A stretch of DNA of 64,000 bases, from assembly GCA_046563655.1 (NCBI GenBank), contig CM102289.1, positions 2,294,001 through 2,358,000 on the forward strand, in the 5' to 3' direction. Position numbers and translations under genes: made by a program. Under the pieces are notes generated by a model. It was not told where the DNA came from. It worked only from the letters and a program-made list of their open reading frames with translations, and ran no database searches. How positions within the stretch are numbered: the stretch's first letter is position 1; every line of letters starts with the position of its first letter. The DNA is from Yuukianura sp. NJ FZ-2021. Taxonomy: Eukaryota. Of the stretch, positions 36,915-49,300 are shown piece by piece.

Positions 36915-39503
36915 TTACGAACATTTATATACATACCGTTTATATACATACTTGACTATAAGGAGCGGTACGCTCAAATCTATAATCCGCGTCAATCCAA
37001 GGTTAAGGTTAACAACAATAACGCACAGTCGCTTCCGTGATGATTTGTGCAAAAACTTTTCAAATAAAAACGTAATTGTTGCAGTGAGAAGAAGAATCCC
37101 ATAGGGATAAAATATTGTGACAATATTTGAAGTAATACCGAGCGCCCGCTCCTTTTTTCGCCACACTCTTTTCCTTCTGCGCAGAAGCTGTTCTGCATCC
37201 GATGGCTGCACTATGGGCAACCATCTTTCCCAAATATGGTAGATCCCATGCGCCATTAAATCAAGAATTCGCTTATAGATCCACTTTGTACCTGGATTCC
37301 TATCCCGTATCGCAACTCCTTCCCAAAAGTTTAGTATTTTTTCATCTCCCTTCTTAAACTTTTTCCCGCCAGTGATATTTTCCGCAACTGAAATCATTGC
37401 GTCTAATGTAATTTCGGTATCAATATGTGCAATTCCCTTACAACCTGACAACGCAGTTATAATCTTTTCGTAGTAAACGTCAGTTGACTCAGATTCACTT
37501 TTTTCTACAGGCAAACCAGTAAGAATTGCACTTGAGAACGGTAATTGTGAAGCTCTTAATCCTCGCAATTCCGCAGTTTCCCGGCGAACGATTCCAATGT
37601 AATCGCAAATAAATCCTGTTAAATTTTGTGGCAAATTTTGATTTTTTTCGTAGTACTTGATAATTTCTGTCAATTTTTCATTCCCGGTTCGCAAGTTACA
37701 AAATGTTGTTGTTAAATTTGCGTCAATTGACATCTCCATTGATCTAATTTTTTCGAATACTTGATCGCATGTATCATTCAGTTCTTTACCTTCAGTGTAT
37801 AGTTGATTGGCCGAGCACAGTTTTGGTACAACTGCCCGAACATTTGGGTAGCATATACACAACTTTGCGTTTGGAATTTCCAAGTAGGTGAATTTATTAT
37901 GATCCTGCACTCGGTCGTCGTCAGGTCGCAAGCCACCTACCATCAGCTGAAAATCGTTTGGAGTGAAAAATATAAAATTTCGCATTTCATAAACCTGCGT
38001 AAATTTTCGTCTCACTGAAAAATTTCCAGAAGTGAGATCAGACGTCACCAGGCCTTTATATGCATTCACAAGAACTATCATCATCAGACCCCACAGTACA
38101 CAAATTCGCATAGTGGTTTTTCCAATTTTTGAATTTTTTTTTAACTTTTGCGGTAGTTCCGGGCTGACTTCACAGAGAAGTGAGAAGTTGTATAAAATCA
38201 AATTTATAAAATAATTTACCAAACTCCGCCAATTGGGAAAAACGAAAAAGGTTTTCGAAAGAAATACAATCGGAATTGGCAATACCAATATTGTAACAGA
38301 CAAAATAAGACTCCAGGAGTAAATGTCATACGGTTTAAAGTAAAGTTCAAATGGCAAACGTTCTGTTACACCGTCACATGTCATGAAATTTAAAAAAGTG
38401 TTTCCTGTAACTATAACGCTAATCGGTGTAACAAGGAATTGTTCACTGTACCTTAAGATGAATATTGGTTCTAGGAATGCCTGATAATGAAATGCATCGG
38501 CTAATAATAGGGTGGCGTTTGTAGAGTCCTTACATTTAGAGGAAAATGTAAATTTTGGACATTTCTCATGCTGTACAGGCAGATACTTTATATCGAACTG
38601 ACTCAGAGACAAGTACGTAACAACAAGTTCCGGTGTCCAAAATTTGTTAGTGTTGTGAAAAACTACTGGTAGGGGCTTAAACGGATTGTTGAAAAAGTTT
38701 TTGATCAAAAGGCTTATACTCAAGAAGCTCGAATTAATCCATTTTCTGTTTAAATAAAAGTCCGAAAGATTGTAATTGCCATCTGTGGCGCCAATAGCGA
38801 ATTTACCGCCGCTCAAAATGTTGTCCAACTGAATTTCAGCGGTTACTCGACAACTTGTTTCGTTTTTACGAACAGTACAAATTGAAATGTCATCGTGAAG
38901 CTTAATCTCTAGTTCGACACTTATTGCAGGTTTGTTGAACATTACTTCAGCTGCACTATAAAACCAAAATTCTGGATGTGGAGGGGTAGATGACAGGGTT
39001 ACAGCAGAAATTTTAAAACAATTAGACTGAAGCCCCGCCCATATTTGACATGAACGTAGTGAGTAAACCAAAGTATATTCATGCAAATCCAAACCCCAGC
39101 GACGTATCCCTTGTGAGCCAACGTTTAACTTTTTATTTGCAATTTGAAACACATTTACAAAAACTTTTGATGTTGAAAACAAAAATTTCCATGTTGCGCG
39201 GAAGAAATCTTCTGACATAATCTCAGTGTCTTGATAAACTTCTCCGGGGAAAAAAATAAAAAACGAAAAACAAAACTGGAATTTACGAATTGTTCTCGAA
39301 TTGAGAAATTTCACTTTGTTGCATATTTTTATCGGTACAGATAAACTGAGCTGTATTTCAAAATTGGAGCGGAAAATAAATAGTGAGACGTCACAGTCAG
39401 GATACTCATTTACCAGGTCGTCTAGCCTTTCAATATAAGGTGTGCCATTGCCCATAACTAAACTCAACCAGCCCAAACCAAATAGGAGAGCGAGCAAAGC
39501 CAT
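36915..39503 (-). CDS. Divergent ionotropic receptor-like protein, 862 aa, single exon
   Basis: Signal peptide; FMTCDG, KPYDIYSW, LWGLMMIVLVNAYKGLVTSDL and LMAHGIYHIWERW parallel the 2.4-4.9 kb IR. Confidence 0.75.
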   Translation of the reverse strand: MALLALLFGLGWLSLVMGNGTPYIERLDDLVNEYPDCDVSLFIFRSNFEIQLSLSVPIKICNKVKFLNSRTIRKFQFCFSFFIFFPGEVYQDTEIMSEDFFRATWKFLFSTSKVFVNVFQIANKKLNVGSQGIRRWGLDLHEYTLVYSLRSCQIWAGLQSNCFKISAVTLSSTPPHPEFWFYSAAEVMFNKPAISVELEIKLHDDISICTVRKNETSCRVTAEIQLDNILSGGKFAIGATDGNYNLSDFYLNRKWINSSFLSISLLIKNFFNNPFKPLPVVFHNTNKFWTPELVVTYLSLSQFDIKYLPVQHEKCPKFTFSSKCKDSTNATLLLADAFHYQAFLEPIFILRYSEQFLVTPISVIVTGNTFLNFMTCDGVTERLPFELYFKPYDIYSWSLILSVTILVLPIPIVFLSKTFFVFPNWRSLVNYFINLILYNFSLLCEVSPELPQKLKKNSKIGKTTMRICVLWGLMMIVLVNAYKGLVTSDLTSGNFSVRRKFTQVYEMRNFIFFTPNDFQLMVGGLRPDDDRVQDHNKFTYLEIPNAKLCICYPNVRAVVPKLCSANQLYTEGKELNDTCDQVFEKIRSMEMSIDANLTTTFCNLRTGNEKLTEIIKYYEKNQNLPQNLTGFICDYIGIVRRETAELRGLRASQLPFSSAILTGLPVEKSESESTDVYYEKIITALSGCKGIAHIDTEITLDAMISVAENITGGKKFKKGDEKILNFWEGVAIRDRNPGTKWIYKRILDLMAHGIYHIWERWLPIVQPSDAEQLLRRRKRVWRKKERALGITSNIVTIFYPYGILLLTATITFLFEKFLHKSSRKRLCVIVVNLNLGLTRIIDLSVPLLIVKYVYKRYVYKCS

Positions 39504-39819
39504 TTCTCTTTTTTCTGTAACTTGTTTTTAAATTTATACGCTACACTTTTTGCAAGGTTAAATGTTGATCCTTGGTAACTGTTTGAACGAAAAGCTGGAT
39601 ATGAACGGAGTTCTAATTTTGAAAACAAACTACTTCTGAAAAGTAGATATTCACAATATTACCTCCACTGGTTACTCCGCGTTGAGTCGGGCATGTCATC
39701 ACGACAAGATTAATTATGTGAGTGTTTTCAGCGTACGATCAAACTATTGAACAACTCTGGTAAATTATTTAAATTTGAAAAACTAAATGAATAATTTAAG
39801 TGTTTCTTTCTTGCAATGC

Positions 39820-40220
39820 AATGGGCCCTTTCAGATACAACGGAAAAAGCGGTGGAAACGATTAAGCTTACTTTTCGAAGGGAGAAGAAGGGGGGAAGGG
39901 AATCAAAAGTGGGTGGGAGGTGTTTGGGGGAATAACCCCCACACCCTTGTGTAAAACAGACATAACTTTGCGTTTGGAATTTCCAAGTATTTGAATTCAT
40001 TACGTTTCTTCATTTTGTCGTCATGTCCCATTCAAGCCACCCCCGAACACTGTAAAATCTTCGGAAGTAAAAAATACAGTTTTTTTTTTTTATTTATATG
40101 ATTACCTCCCCCTGCGGGCCCGAAGCCCATGGGGAGGGGGTTCGAGTAAAAAATACAGTTTGGCATTCCATAAACTTGCATAAACTTTCGCCTAACAGAA
40201 AAAATGGAAGGCGTGAGATT
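39820..40220 (-). pseudogene. Degraded internal fragment of an IR-like gene
   Basis: AACTTTGCGTTTGGAATTTCCAAGTA (39964) and downstream sequence match 37860-38030 of the adjacent IR. Confidence 0.6.
40081..40144 (-). mobile_element. Severely 5'-truncated non-LTR retroelement/SINE end
   Basis: 15-bp TSD AGTAAAAAATACAGT (40066-40080 and 40145-40159); poly(A) tail on the minus strand; GC hairpin. Confidence 0.7.
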
Positions 40221-40773
40221 TCCAGTTTTCTCTTCTTGTTGTTTTTATATTTTGCTTGAATTACAGATTCTGTAGGTAATTTTTTTTTAAATTTTGACAC
40301 AGAATTATTATTAGTTTATTTTTTACAATTATTAGTTTATTGTATATTTGCAGTTCTAGAAATTTCCGAAACTTGCATTTGGCAATGAGAAGCTAATTTG
40401 GTCCAAATCATACATGGGATGTTAATTGACAACATTCAGTTATCAACTGTAGTATTTACGTTGAAGCTTCTAACTCAAGTGTGACCTAATTTTGTTTTCA
40501 AAGAGTCTAGTGTCTATCGAAAGTATTATTAACAACATACTAACATGCAAGCAACATTTTATGTTAAATTATGTCGTAAAAATGAATTTGAAGTTCAACG
40601 CAGCTACCTACACAGTTTGTAATAAGAACCTGCTGGTTTAGAACAACAAAAACCCGAAAATTATTGAAATCAGTATTACTGTGCAAAACTGAATTTCATA
40701 TACACTTTACCTTTGTAATAGGCGTGAGGATTACTTTAACGTGGAGTAGGGTGCTATGCTATGATTATGTGCC

Positions 40774-42099
40774 CTACGATGCTATGATTAATAGTTGTAT
40801 GACGGAGCTTACAATGTTTTGGTTTACTGTGGTGACGATTCCACAGTCAATGTAGTTGAGAGTGCCACACCGTACTAAACATGGGCGCATGGCTGTGGTA
40901 CGTCGAGATCCAGTTTTCCCTTGGTTTGTCACTGCCATTTTCCGTAATAGTGCAACATACCTCTCTGATGATGAGTACACAGTAGCAGCCGATGCCAAAA
41001 AGAAGTCTAAGAAGAAGAATATTAAAGATCCACAGAAAAACAGAACAGGAGAAATTGGCATTCCAATTCTGAGTGAAGCAGCAAAGGAAACTGAGCAAAA
41101 TGCAGTCGCAAGAAGTACGTATGAACCAAATGGCAAAAGTAGAAAGTCGGATACGAGTGTTATGAAAATAGAAATTGCACTGTAGCGGGAAAGTTCACGT
41201 GGCATACAAAGAATATTTTTTCTCAGTTTGAGTTGCGCGGGAGACAACCAGAAGTCTATTATATCTATAAACACAGCAGCAAGTAATGCATAAGGAATAC
41301 ATTTGTAGGCTAGGAGGTACATTCCAAATGAAAAAATTCCAAAAAGGAACAGCGTGATGCATGGAATTGTAACGATGCAGATCAACTCGCTTGAATTTGA
41401 CATGTTTTTGTTGATGCAATTTTCAAGTAGATGTGTGATTTTGCCAAAAAATGCTAACGAAAATGCCAAACTGAAACAAAATGCAAGCGGTTGAGCAATT
41501 AAGCAGAGTAGTTTCATTAACCAGACATTTTTGTAAGCTGTATGGGGGCAATAGAAGGTGTTTCCTGTAAAAAAAAATTACAATTTCGTTTAATTTAAAC
41601 AAAAATAGCGTTTAAAAAAAGATTTTCTTAAACTTCTGAATTTCTTAAATGTCATGAATTTACTGTGAAAAACGGAACATGATTGTTTTTACTTCAGTTT
41701 CTTCTACATAAAATTTTTTAAATTGCTCGTACCTGTTCGTGGTGTTTGCAGAAATAAAATTGTGTTGACTAATTGTTGCCAAAGTTTCTCATTTGGCTTC
41801 ATGTTTAAATCCAGTACTATGCAGTGAAGCAGCACTGTAGCAACTGCTGTACACTGAAAAGTGAGCAATGGATTCAACTTTTCCAAGTGATTATAAATCC
41901 CAATAGATATAAATACCAAAAGTCCAACAACTTCGAAAATAAGAATACATAAAGATATGCGGTGATATTTTTTAGAACAATCTGGAATGAATCTTTTCAG
42001 CTTCCCGCTCCAAACTAACGGTGATTGATAAATCTTATGAGCCTTTTGGATTAAGTCAAGAAATATCTTCAGTGAAGGACTTAAGTGGGAGACTTCCAT
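40774..42099 (-). CDS. GR-like 7TM chemoreceptor (subfamily B), 2 exons
   Basis: MEVSHL...IYQSPLVW exon and GNTFYCP...CLVRCGTLNYIDCGIVTTVNQNIV exon; same intron position as the 33 kb paralog. Confidence 0.7.
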
Positions 42100-42714
42100 A
42101 TTGAAACCAAAAGGTGTTTGAATTACCAAAAGTCAAGCATACCTTTAAAGTATTGTTGACTTAAAACACAAAGTGAAGGAAAATTAATAATTTAGTGTAG
42201 GTTTTTGTCTTTCCTATCGTACATGAACTATGCATTTGGCGGTAAGGAAAACAAAATTTAAAAGGCATTCCTCGTAAACATGTTGAGCAGATATTAAATT
42301 TCATTGTCGTGTAGTTTAAATTATCTGTGATCTTCGTCAACTCCTCTTTGAAAATATTTGTTACATTAGTAGCACACGGCGTAATAAACAAAGTAAAGGT
42401 CAAATATTTTAAGGAGCATCAAAACTCCGTATTAAGTAATCCGCTAGTTAATTTTTATCAAAAATAAGCAATTGTAATTTCAGTTACAATTATTTTATTA
42501 TTGACATTCAGTATTGAAATTCAATTCGATCTAATTTTGTGGTTCAAATAGCTATTTATGTTTGAACTAGTAGTGAACATTTTAAAATCTCGTCACAAAA
42601 TATTTGCAATTCTGCTGTAAGTTTAATATTAGTTTAAATGTTAAAGACAAAAGCATAAAAAACTAATGAAACGTGGCATTTGTAATTGTAATTCCATATT
42701 TGGCTGAAGCCAGT

Positions 42715-44592
42715 TCAACTAGTTGAGGTTACACATACGCTGCTTCTGATTTGATTTTTGTACATTTTCTTTTTGAGGTTTGTTTCTAGATTGCACCATC
42801 GGAGACAAAGAATCTCCATGGCAACGTTGCGAATTTCTTTGCTGAACATTGCATAGATAAACGGATTGATGGTGCTGTTAAAGGATCCCATCCAGATAAG
42901 GATGTCAAACCCAGTTTGGTCCAGTACCACAAATTGACCTAAAAATGTTTATGTATATTTAACATTAAATTAAATATTTCACAAATATAGTGTTTTAGGA
43001 AAGACAATTCTACTCTTGGGATGAATAACACGTTAAATATTAAAAATTTTTTTTAAATTGCTACCTATCATCCGTGCAACTCCATCGATTAAGATGTAAG
43101 TATAGAACGGCATCCAGCAAACCACGAAGCCCAGTAGTACAATGGCCATTAGGATGCAACCCTTCTTCTCCGCCGGTTCCATTGGTTCAAACGAATTAGT
43201 TCCAATGCAAATGGTTCAAATGAAAAGGTTCAAAACCAATTGGTTCAAAGAATCAATTCGTTCATTGGGCAAATTGGTTCAAAAAAATATTTTTCAGAAT
43301 CAATAATCTTTCGAATAATTTACTCTTAAACCAATTGATCCGTTGAACCAATTTGTTTTGAACCTTTTCACTTGAACCAATCATATTTGAACCAATTCAT
43401 TTGAACCAATGTCGTGCTCCCGTTTTCCCGAAGGTCTGACAAAATAAATAATTGAGGCAAATTTCTATTAAAATGAAACCTAGGTGCCGGTTCTCTAAAA
43501 TTTATTAACTGAAAATTCAAATAATTTAAAGTTTGATTTAGTTTTGCTTATCTGCTATAAAGTTATATTGCTTACCAACAGCCGAAGGTGAGACTGTTTG
43601 AGTACTTTCCGTAACTCTGCTTTTTAGGTTGGCTTGTGGCCGTCCAAGAATAACCCAAATTTTTTGGTAAAAATAAAGCATGGCGCCAAGCGGGATGAAA
43701 AACACTCCAATGGCTAATATAATATGAAATCTGAAATTATTTGACTAAATTTAATCAATTTTGTAGAAAAACACTTAAGGTATTTGAGGTAAACGTGATT
43801 TCAGTGTGACCCTAGCAATGTTTTTTTTTTTGAACTAGGTTATGGGTCATACTCTGCAGGAGGAGCTACAAGACAAACTGGCAATTCCATTAATTCTCCC
43901 GTAGTTAGGTACGTAAGTCCCACGAGCGCAATGGTCAACACAGCTGAAACGAACCATACTGTGACGATTGCCCACTTCACCTGAATTACAAAATGAATTA
44001 TTTGTATAAACAATAGTACAATGCGAACTAATAAAAAAAATTAGAGCGTACTTTTTTTGTTGAAATATTCACTTTGTAGTAAAGGGGATGTCCAATTGCA
44101 ATATATCGATCTATGGATATCAAAGTGAGGGAGAGAATTGACGCCAAGGTAGAGAAGACGCAAGCTATATATTTTTTAAATATATCAAACAGACTAAATA
44201 TTCAGTAATAAAGTACCTTTTCTTCTACTTACTTTTAAGAAAATGTTGAGCTCAATTTTTTTTAATCCAAAACGTTACTGCTCCAGCTTACCTGTTACAA
44301 ATATGTCGCACAAAAGTCCTCCAGGATACAGTGTTTCTGTCGCATATGTCTTGATGGGCATAACAATGGTTCCTACAAGAAGATCTGCAGACGTCAAAGA
44401 AAGAATCAAATATGTTTTGCGACATCGAATTAATTTTGCCGCCAACACACAAACAATCACAAGTAAATTTCCAACGATAGTAACAACAATTATAGTCACT
44501 TCTACTGTTAGTCTAATTGGATCTGCCTGTTGGGGAGTCACCAACGAATCAATCAATGTCACGTCGGTATTGTCAGGACTATCTGAAGTCAT
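42715..44592 (-). pseudogene. Class A GPCR (amine-receptor-like), probably disrupted by a MITE in a coding exon
   Basis: GNLLV, SADLLVG, SIDRY, CWMPF and NSTINPFIY motifs. The insertion at 43175-43421 falls inside the TM6 exon and introduces a stop. Confidence 0.7.
43175..43421. mobile_element. Foldback MITE, same family as 11597-12530
   Basis: Ends GGTTCCAT.../...GTCGTGCTCCC; arms of ATTGGTTCAAA modules; TSD degenerate. Confidence 0.75.
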
Positions 44593-44943
44593 CTTTCACA
44601 ACGGATCACAAGTTTTACTGTACATGACACACAAAATTTGTTTGCGGACTGGCCAAAAATCAAGGGCAATCCATGTGTTAACTAATTTCCGGAAATTAAT
44701 TTCGTTGTACGTTAAATGCGAGGACAAATAAGACTTATGAGAAAGTGAGATTAGGCGTGTAAATACTGACAAGATCGGGCGGATGTAAATTGCAAATTGC
44801 AAAAACCCACACGCTATCAACATTATCTTCCAATATTACGTTCAAATATTTGTTTTTGTTAGCGTCATGATAAGCGATACCTGTCAAAAAGTAACCGCCA
44901 AACGCCAAGTTCAAAGTGTGTAACAAGTCAATCTGATTAATTT

Positions 44944-45198
44944 GGTTCCATGCCATTGTTTCAAATGAATTGTTTCAAATACGAATTGTTTCAAAAAAAA
45001 ATTGTTTCAAAAACCTAATTTTCATACCTAAACCTAACCTAACCTAACCTAAAATTACATAACTAACCTAAACTTAATTATTCTAATCCAAATTAACCTA
45101 ATCTAAGCCTTAAACTCTAAAAAAACTCGTGTTTTGAAACAATTTTTTTTAAGCAATTCGTATTTGAAACAATTCATTTGAAACAATGGCGTGCTCCC
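44944..45198. mobile_element. Foldback MITE, same family
   Basis: 9-bp TSD GATTAATTT; ends GGTTCCATG...GCGTGCTCCC; arms of AATTGTTTCAAA; core (AACCT)n. Confidence 0.85.
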
Positions 45199-45672
45199 GA
45201 TTAATTTGCTTCATTTTAAACTTACTTGAAATTTTAAATTTACCAGAATTTAAATTTACATACGAGAAGTTAAAACAACTTTTTCGTCGTATGCAATCAT
45301 ACTCGGTGGTTTAAAAAAAAAAAAATTTGAAATCAACAGCAGCGGCTTGCCACAAAATTATAAATATTGTAACACAAGATACATTAGGAGAATTAATAAT
45401 AATAGCTGCCTAATCTATGTATGAGCCGCAGAATTCTTCCTTAAGATAGGTGTGTACATACAAACCAAAAAAAATACAACAGCTTTTCTACTGAAGAGCA
45501 GTGGTTAAGTATCGAACGAGGAAATGGGGAAAGCAGCCTGCTTATTGCGGTAATTTATTTTTACAAATTCAAAACCCGAAAAATATAAAATCCTTGTAAT
45601 TGTTCATTTTACCAATTAAAGCCTGCATTTACCTTTTAGCGGTAACAATTTTGCATTTTAAAGACTTCCAAC

Positions 45673-46292
45673 ATGCCCTATTACACCCCGGAAGGCAAGA
45701 CTGTGTATTACGTAAGGGCCTAAATTTTAGTTTTGAGTTCTTTTTGACTAAACTTTCGTTATTCTTTTCGTAAATTAAAATTTTTATTTATTTTTTTCTG
45801 TAAAATTTTTTGTCCAGTATGGTGAGCCTGCTCTTGAAGCAATTACTGACCTAACCAGCCGATATCGACAGCCACAAGTGTTTGGCGACATTTTGAATTC
45901 TTGCCGTACTTATGGAACGGCATTTGTTGATCCGGAATTTCCACACGATGACTCTAGTGTGGGAGATATTGGAAAGTTATTTGACACGGCTAATCCACAA
46001 ATGGCGGCTTCGGTGGCTCAATGGAAGCAGGAGGGATGGACTGGGTCAGCTTCCTGGATTCGTGTTGCTGTAAGGCTTTAAAAAAATTAAACATAATACA
46101 GTAAATACCCCTCACAAACAAACCATTTCAAGGTTGGTTTAGCGACGAAAATTCAAAAAATACAAAAGTAACTTTAAGGCTTACTTGAGTTTTACACGTT
46201 TAGTTTTAATTTTAAGATTAAGTTTGACAGAGTTGTGTCAGAATTCAAGTTTGGGTTATTAAATAGCGAAAGCTATTTAATAATCTGATTCA

Positions 46293-46324
<32 letters not shown>

Positions 46325-49300
46325 CACCTCAATTATCTCAGAAACTACTGGACGGATTTGATTCCGGTTTTCTCCTATCAACACCTCATGACCCCAACCT
46401 GGTCACTATTGAATATTATCCCCGTGGGGCAACTCCTTCCAGGTCAAAGGTCAAGGTCACCCGGTTCCATCCCCGGTAACCCGGAAAACGACCTCTACAA
46501 AAGTTGTTCATCTCGTCGAGACTAACAACTTTTGTTTATATCACATGACCCCAAGTGACCTGCTTCCGGGTCAAAGGTCAACTTTTTTCATATTAACGTC
46601 CTCCTAGGTGGGAAGCGGGGAGGAACGCACCCCACAGCGCCGGGTGACCCACCATCACACCCGGGGAAACCTTCCCACATACCGGGGAACCCACGCCCCT
46701 CCCCGGGGAACCCACTCCCTCTCCCCTGGGGAACCCACGCCCCTCCCCGGGGAACCCACTCCCTCTCCACCGGGGAAGCCACCCCCTTTCTCTTGGAGAA
46801 CGCACCCCTGCTTCTCCGGAGGTGGGGGGGGGGCGAGAAAATCGGGGGAACCCACCCCCACGCTCCCTGGGGTGCGGAGCGAAAAAGTGGGGGGCACCCA
46901 CCCCCAATTCTACGGGGGGGGGGGCGGAAAAGTGGGGGGAACCCAGCCCCGCTCCCCCTGGGGTAACTCCACATTCCCCACCTGGGGGGAAACCGTCTTT
47001 TGGCTTAATCTATTTCGTTATGCGCGGTTTACAACCGGTTTATTTCTTCCCAAACGCCACAAAACACTTGTTCTTAAGTATTCAGAAATTGCTACTATAG
47101 AAATAACAACGTCCATTAGCAGCGTCAAAATAATAAGACAATTCCCCAATTATATGCAACTACTTAAGAGGTGTATCAAAATTGAACGTTGAGGGGCAGG
47201 GTCGAATATAGCTTTTTTTTAAATCAAAATCGGTTCAAATACATGCACCATGTGTTAAATCAAGTGCATACTGTAAATTAGAGTCGAATATCACTTGTGT
47301 AAAATCAAAATTATAAAAATTTCTTGCAAAGGCAAATTTGAACCCTGCCATGCACTGTTTACATGTTACGAATTTAAGCCGGAATTTCTACCCCCTGACA
47401 AGGTTTAATTTAACAACGTAATTGAAGTAACTGTCAGAAAATGACAAGATCAAAACTCCATTGTCTATAAATACTTTCAGTGCAATCGAAACCAAAACAG
47501 TTTTGCGGAGCCACGATACTGCGGGTACGTAAGGAAGCCGCCAGCTTCTATATTGTTAATTTAACACTTTGAGTGCAAGGTAGAACTACTGAAAACTCTT
47601 GAGGCCTACATAACCGCCCGATTGCGATGGGGCTAATGTTTCAGTGAAATGAATCCTAAAAAACGTGACTGACAGACGGACAAAGTCGTATCAATAGTCT
47701 TCTTCAGCATGTCGTAGACATGCGTCTCCAGAAGACTAAAAAATCATGCATTTTGACCCAACTTTTTGGGGCAATTGTTGCATGATTGGTGCGACTCTCA
47801 GAAAACTACGATCACACTTTTCGCATTAGCATACGCTGGAAAATATCGCTCAGATCTTTTTTTCTGCATTCTCGCAATCGTTTAGCCGTAGGAAGCAAAA
47901 AATACGATGTTTTCACGAATGTCCTTCAGAAACCCTCTGTTTTCTGGATGAAGCGAACACTTTCCTCAACAAAAAAGATTTTGTTGAAAATAAAACAAAA
48001 CACAAAATTCAAAATTTTGAAAAAGTTCAAAATTTTGAAAAAAAGTTCAAAATTTTATTGCCCGATTTTTTTCTTACTTCAACTCAGGGGGACATAAAAG
48101 GCTATTTTGAAAAACAAATTTCATCCAAATCGGAGCCATGGAGGTAAACCGAAATTGGGCACCTGCAACAATAACGATCAAAGGGTGTTCAAAAATTCCA
48201 AAGAGGGGACCCCGTGAAACCTCAGAAATCCCGTGTTAATTCCCATAAGAAATTTCAAAATTTTGAAATTTTTTCGAAATTTTGAATTTGTGGCCATTGC
48301 ACCACAAGAGCTTAACAGAGGTCATTGGAGTAGACATGCCAAATTTGGGCCAGATCAGAGCTTATCAGGGTTCGCCGGTCCCTTGTCAGTAAAACTAGGT
48401 AAAACTCGGTAAACTAGGTTAAACTCTGTAGTTTTGTAATTTTAGAGCTTCGAGTGCTTTTCATGTTCACCCATCTCTGTACTGCTATTTGAACAATTAA
48501 ATTTTGCATAAGAAGAGTTATTCGCAGGAATCGCATGTAGTATTTGTATTTTGATAATAGCTCTCGAAGTTATTTGTGCAACCACAAATCAAACAATAAA
48601 ACAAAAGATAAAACTACATGAAATGCCGCAGTTTGAGCGTTTTGTTCTTCTAAAACGTTTTAGCAGAATTCTCTAAATGGGTTAGTATTTGCGAAGTTAG
48701 GTATGGTTCAACTATTTGTACAAGATTCAAATTGTTGTACATTAGAGCATGTTGTCCTTCAAATTGACTATAGTTTTCAGATAATTTTATCTTCGCAGAA
48801 CTTGGAGAATTGCAAGCTATTCAACCCCTCATTTCTAGTGCTATTTATTTAATGCAATCACCCGTGCGTCTGCCTTAGTTACTCGACTGTTACGGCAAAG
48901 AGAGGTTAGTTAATATATACTAACTTAGTTTATACTGTTTCAACATTAGTGTGAAAAATATAACTTTTCTTCAATACAACTAATCCAATATCTTCAATTC
49001 AATTCTACAGTTCTACTGAATTACTACGTAATAGTAAACTGTTCGTAAAGCATTCATAATTCTTGATACCATTGAAACAACAAAAACCTAATTCTATCAA
49101 ATTTTGGTGAAGGAAATCCAACGTCTCAAAATGTTCTGCAATACATTGAATCCGTTTCCAGGCAAAGCACCGTAAGTAACTCAACAGTTAACTGTGAAGA
49201 ATTTAAGTAAGCTAGGAATGTGAAACAGAAAGTGAAGGCCCATAAACACGGTTTATCGTTTAGACGAGAAACCAAACAAAAAGTTGTAAACCAATATTGG

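Noticed and set aside
45524..45549. MGKAACLLR mini-exon as an acylated calpain N-terminus
   Set aside because: Both nearby acceptors lead to stops or the wrong frame; more likely a UTR exon or uORF.
46588..47192. Gly/Pro-rich ORFs on both strands
   Set aside because: Artefacts of a stop-poor GC-rich tandem repeat.
47750..48390. Repeat-like segment ending GGTTCGCCGGTCCCTTGT
   Set aside because: Looks like a transposon remnant, but no partner end or TSD is visible, so it could not be delimited.
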